Assembly (NCBI GenBank): GCA_011109175.1
Contig: RDEW01000042.1
Span: forward strand, 471,504-504,503
Direction of reading: 5' to 3'
DNA length: 33,000 bases
DNA from: Dicyema japonicum
Taxonomy: Eukaryota > Animalia > Dicyemida
Below are positions 1 to 11,043 of the stretch, in pieces. Both the position numbers and the translations under genes were made by a program. The notes below the pieces were generated by a model. The model was given only the letters and a program-made list of their open reading frames with translations. It was not told the DNA's origin and made no database searches. The stretch's first letter is position 1. Every line of letters begins with the position of its first letter.

Positions 1-186
1 GGAAACCCCAGCCAACTCCAAGGCACGAGCGCCAGTGCCTTATCCCAAAGGCGCGGATGGAGGTCTAGAGAGCTTCAAACATCCGAGGTGAAAAAAACCT
101 CCACAGACAGAACAAGAAATTCCGAACTTTCTCAAATTGCTCATGTTGCAGGCAGAGCAATTAGACAATGACTCTTCAAGTAACAT
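1..186 (-). mobile_element. PHD-finger coding fragment (LINE ORF1-like or host relic), truncated at window edge
   Basis: Minus strand reads MLLEESLSNCSACNMSNLRKFGISCSVCGGFFHLGCLKLSRP, i.e. C-x2-C-x11-C-x2-C-x4-H-x2-C, followed by a stop/frameshift. PHD fingers occur in ORF1 of CR1/L2-type LINEs; that origin is inferred. Confidence 0.55.
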
Positions 187-240
187 CTCACTGAATAAAC
201 AATAGGGTAATAGTCAAGAATAGGGGGATTAATTTTAATA

Positions 241-345
241 ATAAATTTTAATAATTCATAAATATATTCATAAATTTTAATTTTTTTTATTAATAAATTA
301 ATGTAACAAATGCGTCTAGTGAGATTATCTCAAGAAAAATTAAAT
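241..345 (+). repeat. Dispersed ~105-bp AT-rich repeat, copy A
   Basis: Aligns by eye with 11924-12026 and shares the core aaatgcgtctagtgagattatc. Confidence 0.85.
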
Positions 346-559
346 TAAATTTGTAACAATTTAAACCTAGCATGAAATATTATACCATTTGACGTATTTC
401 AGCATAAGAAACTCTCTAAAAATCTCTCTATCATGACATCATGACACCTTTGATGGTATTTATATTTCATGCGGTTTGTGGTTCTCCTTTATTTATACTC
501 GGGAGAACATATCCACGTCCAACTTTCCAATTCTAAATAACATTATAAGAGTGCAAAGC

Positions 560-2000
560 ACTCTGACACCAGTTATCTCACTGGTCTCATACATAGAGGT
601 AGTTTGATGTATACGGGTTTTGAAGTACAATTGAAGATAATCAAGAAAGCCATTGAAGAGGAACAAGACTGTCTCAAGAACAATGTTTAAGGGTAGAAGC
701 AAGCAAACTAAACACCAAAGACCCCTCGTTCTGGAAGTTCTACAAAAGAATAACTGGCAAGAATAGGAATGACATAAAATCTCCTTGACCAAGCCAGAAG
801 GTGGACTATGTTCTACTGAAGAAGCCTTTAAGAAGCAACTGGACAGCATTCAGGGAGTCAACCCGATGGAGCTTATTCCAAGGGAGATGTTAGATTCTTC
901 ACGTGAAGTTTTAACCTACTGTTTGGACGATCTCAAAGATACTGAAATGAAAATAACTACGGAAAAAGTCATGAGTGCAATCATGACAAGCAAGGCTAAC
1001 GCTCCGGGACATGACCATCTAAGCATGAGATTGTTCAAGGAAGGCCCAGAGGCTCTATTTCCCATACTGAAGAATTTATTCAATGCAAGCATTCATCATG
1101 GCCATGTTCCAAAACGATGGAAATTTCTATAATCAGAATGATTCTGAAACCGGGAAAATCGAGGAGGGACCCACTCAGCTATAGGCCGATGAGCCTCATC
1201 TCTTCGATCTCCAAGATTATCGAACGAATTATCTTCAGAAGGCTTAACGACCACGAAGAAAAAGTATTTTCCCTCACAGAACAATGTGGCTTCAGACCTG
1301 AAAATCATGCACGGACTGCATCTACAAGATCATTCAATGGTACTGAGAGGTCTGGAATTCAAAAGACTATTCAACCTGGTATGTTTGGATCTGTCCAAGG
1401 CTTTTGATAGCGTGTTGTACGAAGCCCTCCTATCAAGGCTAGCAGCTAGCATAAAAAAACTTTTCATGTGGATAAATGACTTTCTAGCAGGACGGACTTC
1501 CCAAGTACGTGTAGGAGCAAATATGTCAAAAGATATCATACTGAAGAGGGGAGTTCCACAGGGATCTGTTTCAGCTTACTTCTGTTCATCGTATTATTGC
1601 CAGACCTCCCAACTTACCGGATATGAACACCAGATTATTGATATACGCTGATGATATTCTGATCACGGATACATCCGGGAAATCAACTCTCTCGGAAAAA
1701 AGAATAAAGTTATTCAGTGAATAAGCACAGGACTGGTGCATCAAGAGAAGGAAGAGTCAGTCGCCTAAGGAAGCATCAGACCCAGCTTCAAACATCACTA
1801 AGAGATTTTCTTAAGTAAATTCACTGCGCTACCTCGGGGTAGTAATCGACTGGAGAGGTTTCTTCATGGAGGACATTAGACGAAGAAGGCGCTTCAAGCA
1901 CTTTTATGTACAAGAAAGTAGTTTGTAAGCTTGGAAACCTTCTTGTTCATCATCATGAGAGTCATTCTTCCGGAGCTGCTATATGGATGCGAAGCATAGA
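560..2000 (+). mobile_element. Decayed non-LTR retrotransposon ORF2 (linker, RT and thumb), frameshifted
   Basis: Successive frames give KDPSFWKFYKRITGK, APGHDHL, KPGKSRRDPLSYRPMSLISSISKIIERII, QCGFRP, CLDLSKAFDSV, GVPQGS, YADD (1644-1655) and VILPELLYGCEA*. Confidence 0.92.
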
Positions 2001-2549
2001 TTTTTCTCTTGCCAAAGAGAAAGAATTATAATACTTATAAAAAAAACCAAAAGGTCGACAATAAAGTTGGCTTTGGGGAATAGGCTTTTTGATGTTCTCG
2101 GTACTAAAGAAGACAAGATTCTAACATCGGTAAAAATCTTGTAGAGAAAAGGATCGATGGGATCCCACGATAGAAGGAGACTAAATGGAGTCGGGGTGCA
2201 TCAGAAGTGTCCAGGTAGCATAGGCGGACACGTTTAAACATCCCTTAAACTAACTCCTTACTTACTGTTGAATAAATTGGTTTCGGTTTTACTGTCCGAG
2301 CGGCAGTAATATAATAGTTTGTTAAAGTTCCAATACTTAATGGGTCGCATTTAACCGTAATCGTTACTTTCGGTCAAACGCTTAAACGATTTTAACGGCA
2401 ATATCGATGTTACGGATCGTACTCAACCTGGAGTCGTTCTCAACCGGTGACATTTATTTATTGTGGAAAATAAAATTAATTTAAAATTAAATTATGTCAA
2501 TAGAATTTTAACTTATTTTAAGGTTTCCATTATGGCAGCAGTAATTTAA

Positions 2550-2930
2550 GACACAATGTGAGTTATCAATAATGATAGAGAACCAATTTTCTGGAAGAGC
2601 CATCGTGTCATTCTAGACTCCTCCTTCCTCAGACTTCAATCCTCCCAATCAGCCCGATAAACTTTGTTGTAATAGGACCAAGCATTCGGTCGTCTCAACG
2701 GAGATCGGATGTATGCCAAAACCGATCTCTAATGCAACAATACCTCCTCCTTTTCCAATCTTTAGCAGTCAACGGAGCAGAACCTTTACACAGCGATAAT
2801 CATATTCGCGTTTGAGAATGTACCAGCATATTTTGAATCCCAAGCAAGACTCTTTACTTGGTTCCACGGCATGGTAGTTACGCCATTCGGCCTCTTTCCA
2901 CAACCTTTGTCCGTCGGGATCCAGAAGACA
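2550..2930 (-). mobile_element. CRE-type non-LTR retrotransposon C-terminal restriction-like endonuclease (RLE) relic, copy 1
   Basis: Across frameshifts: GKRPNGVTTMPWNQVKSLAWDSKYAGTF, KGSAPLTAKDWKRRRY, HPISVETT, GPITTKFIGLIGR, RWLFQKI and DNSHCV. This follows the GKRPDG-PW-WD-ETLG-FQRIS-GN pattern of CRE/MoTeR RLE domains. Confidence 0.7.
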
Positions 2931-3513
2931 AATAATACCCCATTACAATCATATAACTGGTCTTAACTCTAATAAAGTGTGTCTCGCGTGAAAAAAACAG
3001 TTATTTATATTATTATTTTAATTTCTATTTAAATCTATCACAATTTATCCACGATTGTTTAGTAATCATGCGAAAATCAAATCTGTTTAATATTTAATGG
3101 TTTTGTGAGAAAGAAAACTGAGAAGCAACATGAGACTAAGACTTGGTTTCAATCAGTGTTACATAATTTAGGAACATGGTTAAAAAGTCTAAGTTGAATC
3201 TCGAAGATCTATAATTGTTCATTCTCTGTCTCACCATAGACGAAAGTAAGAATCATTGTGAGTGAGTAGTTACGCAGCAATAAGTTGTCGGAGGAATTCT
3301 CAGTAAAAACGATTGAATGATTTCTTTTGGAAATACCTGATTGCACGATAGAATGCTTATCAAGATGATGATAGATCATTTGGGAGTTGTAAATATGTCA
3401 ATCTTATAATGAAGACAAAATAATAAAAACAGAGGGTTTTTCCGCAATTATCTATTCAACTGAAATATTACTTTCGTTCTTAAACTATTCATTGTAATGG
3501 AACGCCAGGAAAC

Positions 3514-3586
3514 CAGGGCTGCGGAGTCGAAAAATAATATTAGAGGAGTTGGAGTCGGTCTATATTTTACTGACACCACAGCCCTG
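3514..3586. mobile_element. 73-bp TIR mini-element (hAT-like MITE)
   Basis: 15-bp TIRs cagggctgcggagtc / gacaccacagccctg match at 13/15. Flanks caggaaac (3506-3513) and caggcaat (3587-3594) match at 6/8, consistent with an aged 8-bp TSD. Internal GGAGTC subrepeats. Confidence 0.65.
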
Positions 3587-4379
3587 CAGGCAATATTCAG
3601 TCGAATGGATTGGTCATTTTTAATTCTTGAAAAAATAATAACAAAATAATAGAAATTTCCTTAACAAAAATGTATCATGTTATATAATTTTGTGTTTTAT
3701 TATTTTTGCAAATCGCTACTTAAAAAAGTTATCTCTTCGTCGCTTCTGCAACATCGTGGACAATGTCCCATGTCAGATTCATCCACGATTTCCTTGAGAG
3801 GCGATTGTTTGAAAGACATCAGGTCGTCTGTATTTTCGAGTTTCTTTTTTGACAGTAACAAGATCACGATAAATTGCAATAGGAAGAGAGTAGCGAGGAT
3901 GTCCGCGATGTCCACAACTGCTCTGAAAGTAAGCCTCATAGCATTGATTGTCTCAACTGTTTGTCCATTCTTAGGATATGCTGCAGTACAGAAGCAAGCA
4001 AGTGCATCTCGATTTGGTTTCTTTGCCTCCATTCGTGTTTATCCTCAGTTTCCCAAAAATGCAACTGCTCTCCGAATTGCAATAGATCATGGAAAAGATG
4101 AATTTTTCGAATTTATGTGATGATTATTTTTTCTATAATAATCTTCCCATGAATACGACCCAAATGAATGATAATCATTTTCACAAACGGTATTTATTTT
4201 TTGTGCTCTTCCAAAAAACACTATCACACTATTTGGTATGATACTGATTCTATAGCTTTGATGGGCAACACCACAAGTTGTCTAGTTTTTAATTAACTAA
4301 CCTCTAAAATGTCTCAAATAACTTAATCACTACATGGGGATAAATTGTCTTTCGATCAACTTTCAGATAGTCACGTGTA

Positions 4380-4660
4380 GTCCGAGATATCACGTGTGTA
4401 GATAATTTGAACATCTTCCTTCAGAGTGTTCCAATGGCTATTAAGCCGCTGCGAAGGTCGAAGCATTAAAGTATCGGACCTCTCCAGTGATTCGATGTTT
4501 GTTCCTATCGCTACGAAGACTTTCTGAACTCTAGGACATTTGTTTTTCGCTTTCCTCAAAAAACTCGGAAAATTTATCACAACCCAAACAGAAGAAATCC
4601 ATGAATTCGAGCAATCCAGAGACGGGATGTCCATTTTTTAAACGGAGAACCCTTGTTTTA
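4380..4660 (+). mobile_element. CRE-type RLE relic, copy 2
   Basis: Plus-strand frames give VRDITCVDNL, AAKVEALKY and FVPIATKTF*TLGHLFFAFLKKLGKFITTQTEEIHEFEQ. The supplied minus ORF 4371..4634 is its antisense shadow. Confidence 0.7.
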
Positions 4661-4715
4661 TCGTCTCCACAGTTCTCATCATTTTCACTAGTAAGTTTAA
4701 GTTCTCTGGATCACT

Positions 4716-4752
4716 TTACTTGGATGAGCGCTTTACTGAAACGCGTCAGGAT
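4716..4752 (+). ncRNA. Degenerate minimal type I hammerhead-ribozyme-like motif (Penelope style)
   Basis: ttact-TGGATGA-gcgctttact-GAAA-CGCG-TC-aggat. The GAAACGCGTC half with a palindromic stem III is exact. The CUGAUGA box has 2 mismatches and stems I/II pair weakly. Confidence 0.35.
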
Positions 4753-4938
4753 CAAATGATTAGTAATCTGTTTTACCCCTGGTGTTTTAAATAATTTCAT
4801 TTCACATCTTTTGCAAGTTCGTTGAATTTGACTAAATGGGGGAAAAACAGCTTGATATAGCTTAAAAGAACGTCAAATTATCGACATATGAAATATTTAA
4901 GAAAACTGATTAGAATTTAATTAATTAAATAAGTTAGT

Positions 4939-5320
4939 TTATATACTCGCACAAACAACCATTTGCTGGTCGATCCCCAAATACTTTAGAGCCTGAAAAT
5001 AAGAGAAGGAGGATTATTTCACTAAACTCATCAAATGAGAGCTTTCCGTCTCCGTCCTTATCTGCGTATAGAATTGTTCTGTCGATTACTTGTTCGAGTT
5101 AGTTATCTCTAAATTATCCCCGAACATCAATTTCATCAACTTGAACATCCCCTCACGTGTTAGGAACCCATCGTTGTTTACGTCGTATATTTTAAATGCG
5201 ACTAGAGCTTTAAAAACGTTACTCACATGTAAGCTTAGCGAGGGGGTCGTCCTTTATACAAAACAGGGATATCCCCTTGATAAATTTTAAAGGAACAACG
5301 CCACTAACTTTCCGTTCCGT
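4939..5320 (-). pseudogene. PPP3R1: Calcineurin B regulatory subunit relic (C-terminal two-thirds, EF-hands 2-4) with two 25-nt introns
   Basis: Spliced reading: KFIKGISLFCIKDDPLAKLT|FAFKIYDVNNDGFLTREGMFKLMKLMFGDNLEIT(fs)LEQVIDRTILYADKDGDGKLSFDEFSE|ALKYLGIDQQMVVCASI*. Introns at 5202-5226 (GT-AG) and 4993-5017 (AT-AG, donor apparently mutated). 1-nt deletion near 5100. Confidence 0.9.
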
Positions 5321-5329
5321 CCTGCACAT

Positions 5330-5880
5330 AACGGGGATCCATGTTAGCTATCGCACCCCAAGCAGAACGCACATTTGACATAGAAAGCTGAGTGACATTT
5401 TGAAAATTTTTAGCAGTTTTATCATCAAATTTAAAATTTATATTGCTCTTATATTAGAAAACAATAAAAAACTGAGTTATACTCTGAGATAAATTCAAAT
5501 GAAATAAAAATCCCAAGTGATGAAAAAGTCCGCCAAATTTATCGAATTCAGTAATGCTTCGCTTGAGCCACAATGGTAACTTCTCTATCAATTTATTATT
5601 TGAGTATCTAGCATTCAAAAAACTAACAACCGTTTTGTCAAACAATGTTTTAAGCCATAATCAAGCCTGTCTCTCATAAGTTTCCCAATTTACTGATTCA
5701 CAGCTCTTGTGACTTCTCTGTTGTACCAGACTCTCTTTTCCTTAGTATTTAACAAAAAGGCACAATTACTACCTTCTCGTCGATAAACGCAGTCTTTACT
5801 TTTACTTGGCTCACTGAAGGCATAGGGCAGTCCAATGGGAATCAGAGTCCGCTCAAAGTCGTCGATAAAATCCAATCCTC
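5330..5880 (-). pseudogene. Unidentified intron-bearing gene relic abutting calcineurin B
   Basis: Removing a 32-nt GT-AG segment (5741-5772) joins supplied ORFs 5690..5875 and 5454..5645 into one frame with a single TGA (RQA*LWLKTL). No family recognised. Confidence 0.35.
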
Positions 5881-6299
5881 GCTTGCTTGAAGTAAAATAA
5901 AATCTTCAGACGACAAATGGCCTTATAATGGGGCCTTTTGTATTATTAGAAATAGAACCATAATAATTATTTATAACCTAAACAAATAAATATTTAATAA
6001 TCTATAATTTGATGGCAAACCTCTGATAATTTGTTCTTTTTTCGCTTTTCTCCAAATTTTCCTTCCATGAGCGATCCCTTAGCTCAGTGAAAACAGATTT
6101 GGCGTAATTAAGCAGTATGTAAAAACTTGTCATCTATTTATTACTATAAATAACACCCAATAAGATTAAGTAGCATAAAATGTCATGGCTACCAATAGTT
6201 TCCCCAGAGACTTAATGTAGGCCAATTTTCTCGATTTCCACAAGTAGAGATCAATTCCACTTTGTCAGATCCCTTCAATAAGTTTTCATGTTGATCACG

Positions 6300-6830
6300 T
6301 TGCAATAATGATTTTGTACTTTAAATTTCCTCAACTTGTTAGCTCGTAAATAATCCATAATCGACTTGTTGAACAAGTCGTTAGGGTCGAGTGTCTTGCT
6401 TGGGAGAATAACTGAACAGGTCTTTCAGACTGCAGTATAGAAGTACCAATAAGACAAAGTTTTGCCTGTTTAACTGCAAGTGTGTCTGCAAAGTCTCTAT
6501 CAAGGTGAATGAGCACTCGTGAGACTGATTTGCTTAGAGACCATCCAAATCGTTAAAAAATCTGCAAAAAAACATGTTAATACTTCCAGTGCGTCAGATA
6601 TATGTGAGAGGGCGAGCCCCTTGCTGTTCACGTTCATTGATGCTATGGAATGAGAGATATAGTAAACATGTTGAAGAAATTGAGTTCACCAGCTTTTCGT
6701 CAAATAATGCTTTTATAGCATGAGAACTTGACCTCTTGAATTGAACCTTAGTAAAGATGTCCATTACATTACTTAAATGACTAAAGAAATACAACCTGCC
6801 TTGTACAACCAATCGGGGTTTCTCTCGTCA
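6300..6830 (-). pseudogene. Unidentified gene relic with probable micro-intron
   Basis: Removing the 22-nt gtattaacatgtttttttgcag (6562-6583) links GLALSHISDALE to IF*RFGWSLSKSVSRVLIHLDRDFADTLAVKQ. No family recognised. Confidence 0.3.
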
Positions 6831-7289
6831 GTTTATGAGATTGAGTGGCTTGTACGAGTTTTAGTGATTTCACTAAAAGTCAATATAATCAAATAAAGTA
6901 GAAGTCATAAAATAGTGGCATTGGAATTATAAATAAGCTATTTTCAATGAATTGAATAATTTTCGAACAAAAATAACCAATAACGTATTATTGGAATTTT
7001 CAATCAATTTACTAACATGCTAAATAGTGTACTTGCAATATTTAAGGTTTTTCAATCAATTTAATAATATAGAAAAAGTGTAGATTTGTGAGCTTTAAGT
7101 TGTTTTTAACCAATGGAACAACGTTTCAACCAATAGAACAAAGTAGAAAGCTAAAATATTATTTCAATAAATTTAATAACATTTCAAAAAAGTGAATAAT
7201 GCAATATTTTGCGATCAAATGAATAATACTAGTAAAATATTACTTTTTAGTTGCATCACTTCAATGGCAGTAATGGCTAAGTATATATG

Positions 7290-8746
7290 TCCAATACCCA
7301 ATTTGTGCTCAACAGACTCCTCAGAGCTAGCATTCTTCACGTGTATTCGTTCATCCATTTCATAAATGTAGTCAACTCAAGAATAGTCCAGCAAGAATTG
7401 AAGAAAGCTGCCACACAAATGACTTTCTTTTCAAAAACAGCAAATCAACCAAATTATGAGAATTGTCACAAATTTAGACATTTCCTTTGATTTTAACGCC
7501 ATGTATAGCTGTCAACTAGACGTTAGTTGACCATAAAATACGTAGGTCGATTAGGTAGTTATAAGGCAAAAATATATTTCGGAACTTTTCATTTCCTTAG
7601 CAAAGTAATATAGACAAAATCTGCGGCAAACTAAATTAAAATTGTCACTTCAGTTCCATTCTGTATGAGATCCTTAATGTCATCCGTGGAAGCCAGATCC
7701 TCGTATTGACTTTTGCCAAACTATGTAATGATCAAAATTAAATTAAAATTATTCCAAAGACCGAAAGTAACCAAACTATCTCCTTGATCCTGACTCGTTC
7801 CAGCGCTCTAGAACTTGTCTCCAGGAATCGATATTAGAAGAATAATCGGATCATCTTGATGCCAGCCAGGCATTGGACGTCTCTTCATGAAGTCGATCCA
7901 ATTACGCCAGCGGATGGAAAATAATCTATGACCAACTAACCAAATAGCACCACATGATGCAACGGGGTCAATAAGTAATTATTTAAAAAAATTTAAATAA
8001 AATTTAAATAAAATTCTCTCAAAAAATAAAAAAATTACAAATAATCGAAATTTAGAAAAAAATAAAATATTTTAACTTAAACTCCTCTACGTCCAATACA
8101 AGAGGAATGTCCTACTTGGACGGTCTCCCCACTGGCCTCTCTCTCCTGCCTTGATGGAATCCCACCTAATGCTTTCTGGCGATGTGAACCCCAAGTATTA
8201 TTATTATATTAAAATAATAATAACTTAAACTCAATTGTATTTCGTGCTTGTATGGGAACGCGCTTAGAGTTGGTACATATTGTCTTTGACGTTGTTGGAA
8301 CATTCTTTCTTGACAACAGAATGGATGCACATTTGGTCTCTCGAGGCAATAACGCAAGTCTTCATTCTACTACATTCCCATCAAATATACAAATCAGCAA
8401 ATATTGTCCTCTTGAATTCACCCACCGCGTGACTCTGCTGAGAATGTTTACAAGAATAGTATATTATTTTTGGAAAATTGACATCGTTCGGAGTACCAAG
8501 TAATCTGATAATGTATTTAAGTTGTAAAGCAACGAAGATGCGCAAAGCAGCGATAAAGTTTTCCCGGTTCCGGTGGGGCTTTCTAAAAGTCCGTTTGTAT
8601 TCTTCCACAAGAAATAAGACATACATTTTTCAGGAACTCAGTAACAGATAAAATCTTTACTTATATACGGGCGTGAATGTTATTTGTGGGGCATATAGAG
8701 TGTAAGGAAGTTAATATCAATCCCATTAATCGTTGTTATATTCCAT
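7290..8746 (-). pseudogene. RTEL1: RTEL1-like (XPD/FANCJ family) DNA helicase relic, N-terminal part, split by a ~0.5-kb insertion (~7721-8229)
   Basis: ATG at 8746, [27 protein letters not shown] (Walker A, 8557-8583), [31 protein letters not shown], then past the insertion DLASTDDIKDLIQNG, FCLYYFAKEM, LPYNYLID (7546-7566) and HGVKIKGNV*ICDNSHNL (decayed DEAH). Introns 8602-8624 (23 nt), 8367/8370-8390 (24/21 nt), 7621-7648 (28 nt) and 7509-7531/7532 (23/24 nt). Confidence 0.9.
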
Positions 8747-9420
8747 TTTAATTACATCTACGATTAAAAATTAGTACTCCACATCAATGCAAAAGTTTCC
8801 TTGTTAACTTTTAAAAATGTTTAAAAATGTATACCAAAAAGGATAATTTTCTCTTTTCCACTAAGCTTGATCATTTTTTAATGAGTTTCCAAAACTGTGA
8901 TTCTGGGTGGACTTTTGGTTGAAGGACTATTCGCAACTACGACTATGGGAAATAGACTTAATTTTTTGTTTATTATTAATTTTTTTCTATTGTATAAATC
9001 AAATAAATTAATTCTTTAGTTGAGATTATGTAGTAATTTGGATTTTATTGTCTAATTGTGATAATAAATGCACTTCATAAAGAATGTACTAAATTAGTTG
9101 AATTAATTCTATTTTATTCATATTCCTGTATTTTAGTTCTTAAAAGAGTAAGCACCAAACATTAACTGACAGAACAGTTCTTCATTGGATTTTTGTTTAG
9201 ACACCTGGATTGTTTTCCCTTCACATTAGAATATGTGTTAATAATCGGGTATCCTGACATGTTAGAACTAGATCTCACGAGGGATAACTCTCTCATGCTC
9301 AGCGCTTGTAAGGTTTATTATTTTGCAGATCACTGAGTTGAAGAATAGATAAAACTCATTAACTAGGTGATCTCGGTCCAACAAATAGAAATATCAATCA
9401 GACGGGGAACCTGTATTACT

Positions 9421-9568
9421 ATTTTTATTTGATTTAGTAACACAACGTATCTTAAGGAGGTTTCAAGGTATTTGAATAGGATTTTGTTTAGACGACTTTA
9501 ATGACTTCCGTTGTTGTTCATGACCATTTTTATTTAATTTAGTAACACCACGTATCTTAAGCAGGTTC
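9421..9568. repeat. Imperfect direct duplication with 105-bp period
   Basis: atttttattt[g/a]atttagtaacac[a/c]acgtatcttaag[g/c]aggtt at 9421 and 9526. Confidence 0.85.
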
Positions 9569-9574
9569 AAAATT

Positions 9575-9760
9575 TTTTAAGAAGGGTAATATCAAACCCA
9601 TTAATTTTTTGACACTTTCCTCCATTTCCTTAGAAAAGTAATATAGAGAGATCTGCGGATAAATAAATTTAAATACTTCAGTTCAGTTCCCTTCTGTATG
9701 AGATCTTCATTGACCATGAAAGCCAGATCCTTTTATTTGACAATTGCAAACTAATAATAT
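9575..9760 (-). pseudogene. RTEL1: Second, rearranged RTEL1-like fragment
   Basis: 9623-9760 aligns with ~7590-7730 (EDLIQKGTELK|..YYFSKEM, 24-nt intron 9653-9676). It is followed by attaatgggtttgatattaccc (INGFDIT), homologous to the gene start near 8715-8732. Confidence 0.8.
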
Positions 9761-11043
9761 AAAACAAATTCGCAACAAGAGAAGTAATCAATTGAAGTCG
9801 CTATTGCCGCATCCCGGATTATCATTGTCGTCAGACTCCTCCACGCTTTTTTTGAGATTGCGATTTTTGGAGGTCGTCTAGTTCAAATCGAAGTAACTTG
9901 TAAAATCATCTGTCAGAAGCTGCACGAATAGGATGATAGTTAATATTACTCTAATAGACCAGATTTGCATGTAATTTTAATTATGCAGCAATTAGTGACC
10001 CATGGAGTATCATATGAATGATCACTTCTCTACAAAATGTTTTGGAAACTAGTATTGTTTTTTTCAAAGTCACTCTTGCGGTGAAAGACAACTAGTCTAG
10101 AAATAACATGTGATAAAAATTATTTTTCCGTGGCTATAGAACTAAGAAGCCGTAGGATTCTTCACTGTGCCCTTTCTGAAAGAAACGAAGAGTTGAGAAA
10201 AATTACCCTGCGAATCATTCTGGCTAAGACAACGAATCGGGATTATTTTAGTTAAAAATACAATATTAAACACCTGTAGATTACCATCATTGTTATTCCA
10301 CGTTTGAAATTATCTTATTTTACATTAAAAACATTTTTTAAACGGCAGCTTGTCGACATTTTGTGCTATACGGCTAGTTAGTTAAAATTTATTTTGTCCC
10401 TCTGATGCCGTCATTGAATCCACCTTATTAAGAAAATTCAAATGCCTCGTCAGCATCAAAAGAATCCAACTTTTCTTTTACCGGCAACAATATCCTCTAT
10501 GGAGACAATTTCTGGAATCATTGGAACATATCACGATTAAGGGGTTAGATCAGTTTTTACTTTTGGTCTTTGGAATTATATTATTTTATTATTTATATAG
10601 CTCAATTTGAATACGAATTTTGGGTTTTATTGCGATTAGATTCCAAATTTAAGATTATTTGTAAAAAAAGTATATATTTAAAATTTTATCGTAAAATTGG
10701 AGCTCATTAATTTCTCTTAATCCAATCTTTTTATTTATCTTGAGCACATAAAAGGATTCTTGCTATTAATTTAATCTAGGATTTTTTTTCCGCTTTCTGC
10801 AAGCTGCCCAATAAGCCTGATTAACCTTATGTGCAGGGACAGAACACATTGTAGAATTTGTGTTCATATTGAAAGCAAATACTGACTATGCTAAACCTAT
10901 CCCATAAGGAAGAAGAATATTAGTTAAAGGAGCTGGCTGATTTAGCTTGGTTTAAATAAACTAAAGGAACATCTAGTAGTTGTTAAGTGTGTTGTAGTTA
11001 AAAATAAAATATTTTTATTTATTAAAGTGATAAGCACAAAACA

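Noticed and set aside
305-325. ctagt as a Helitron 3' end
   Set aside because: No GC-rich hairpin upstream.
2680-2765. IGKGGGIVAL read as an APE endonuclease motif
   Set aside because: The surrounding frames fit a CRE RLE domain over ~380 bp. GKGGG is an alternative-frame coincidence.
3677-4120. Overlapping ORFs of 147 aa (+) and 110 aa (-)
   Set aside because: No recognisable motif in any frame, so a product call is unsupported. The region may still be a gene relic.
6362-6380. Perfect 9-bp-arm palindrome cgacttgtt-g-aacaagtcg
   Set aside because: Single occurrence within a coding relic, with no second copy or terminator context.
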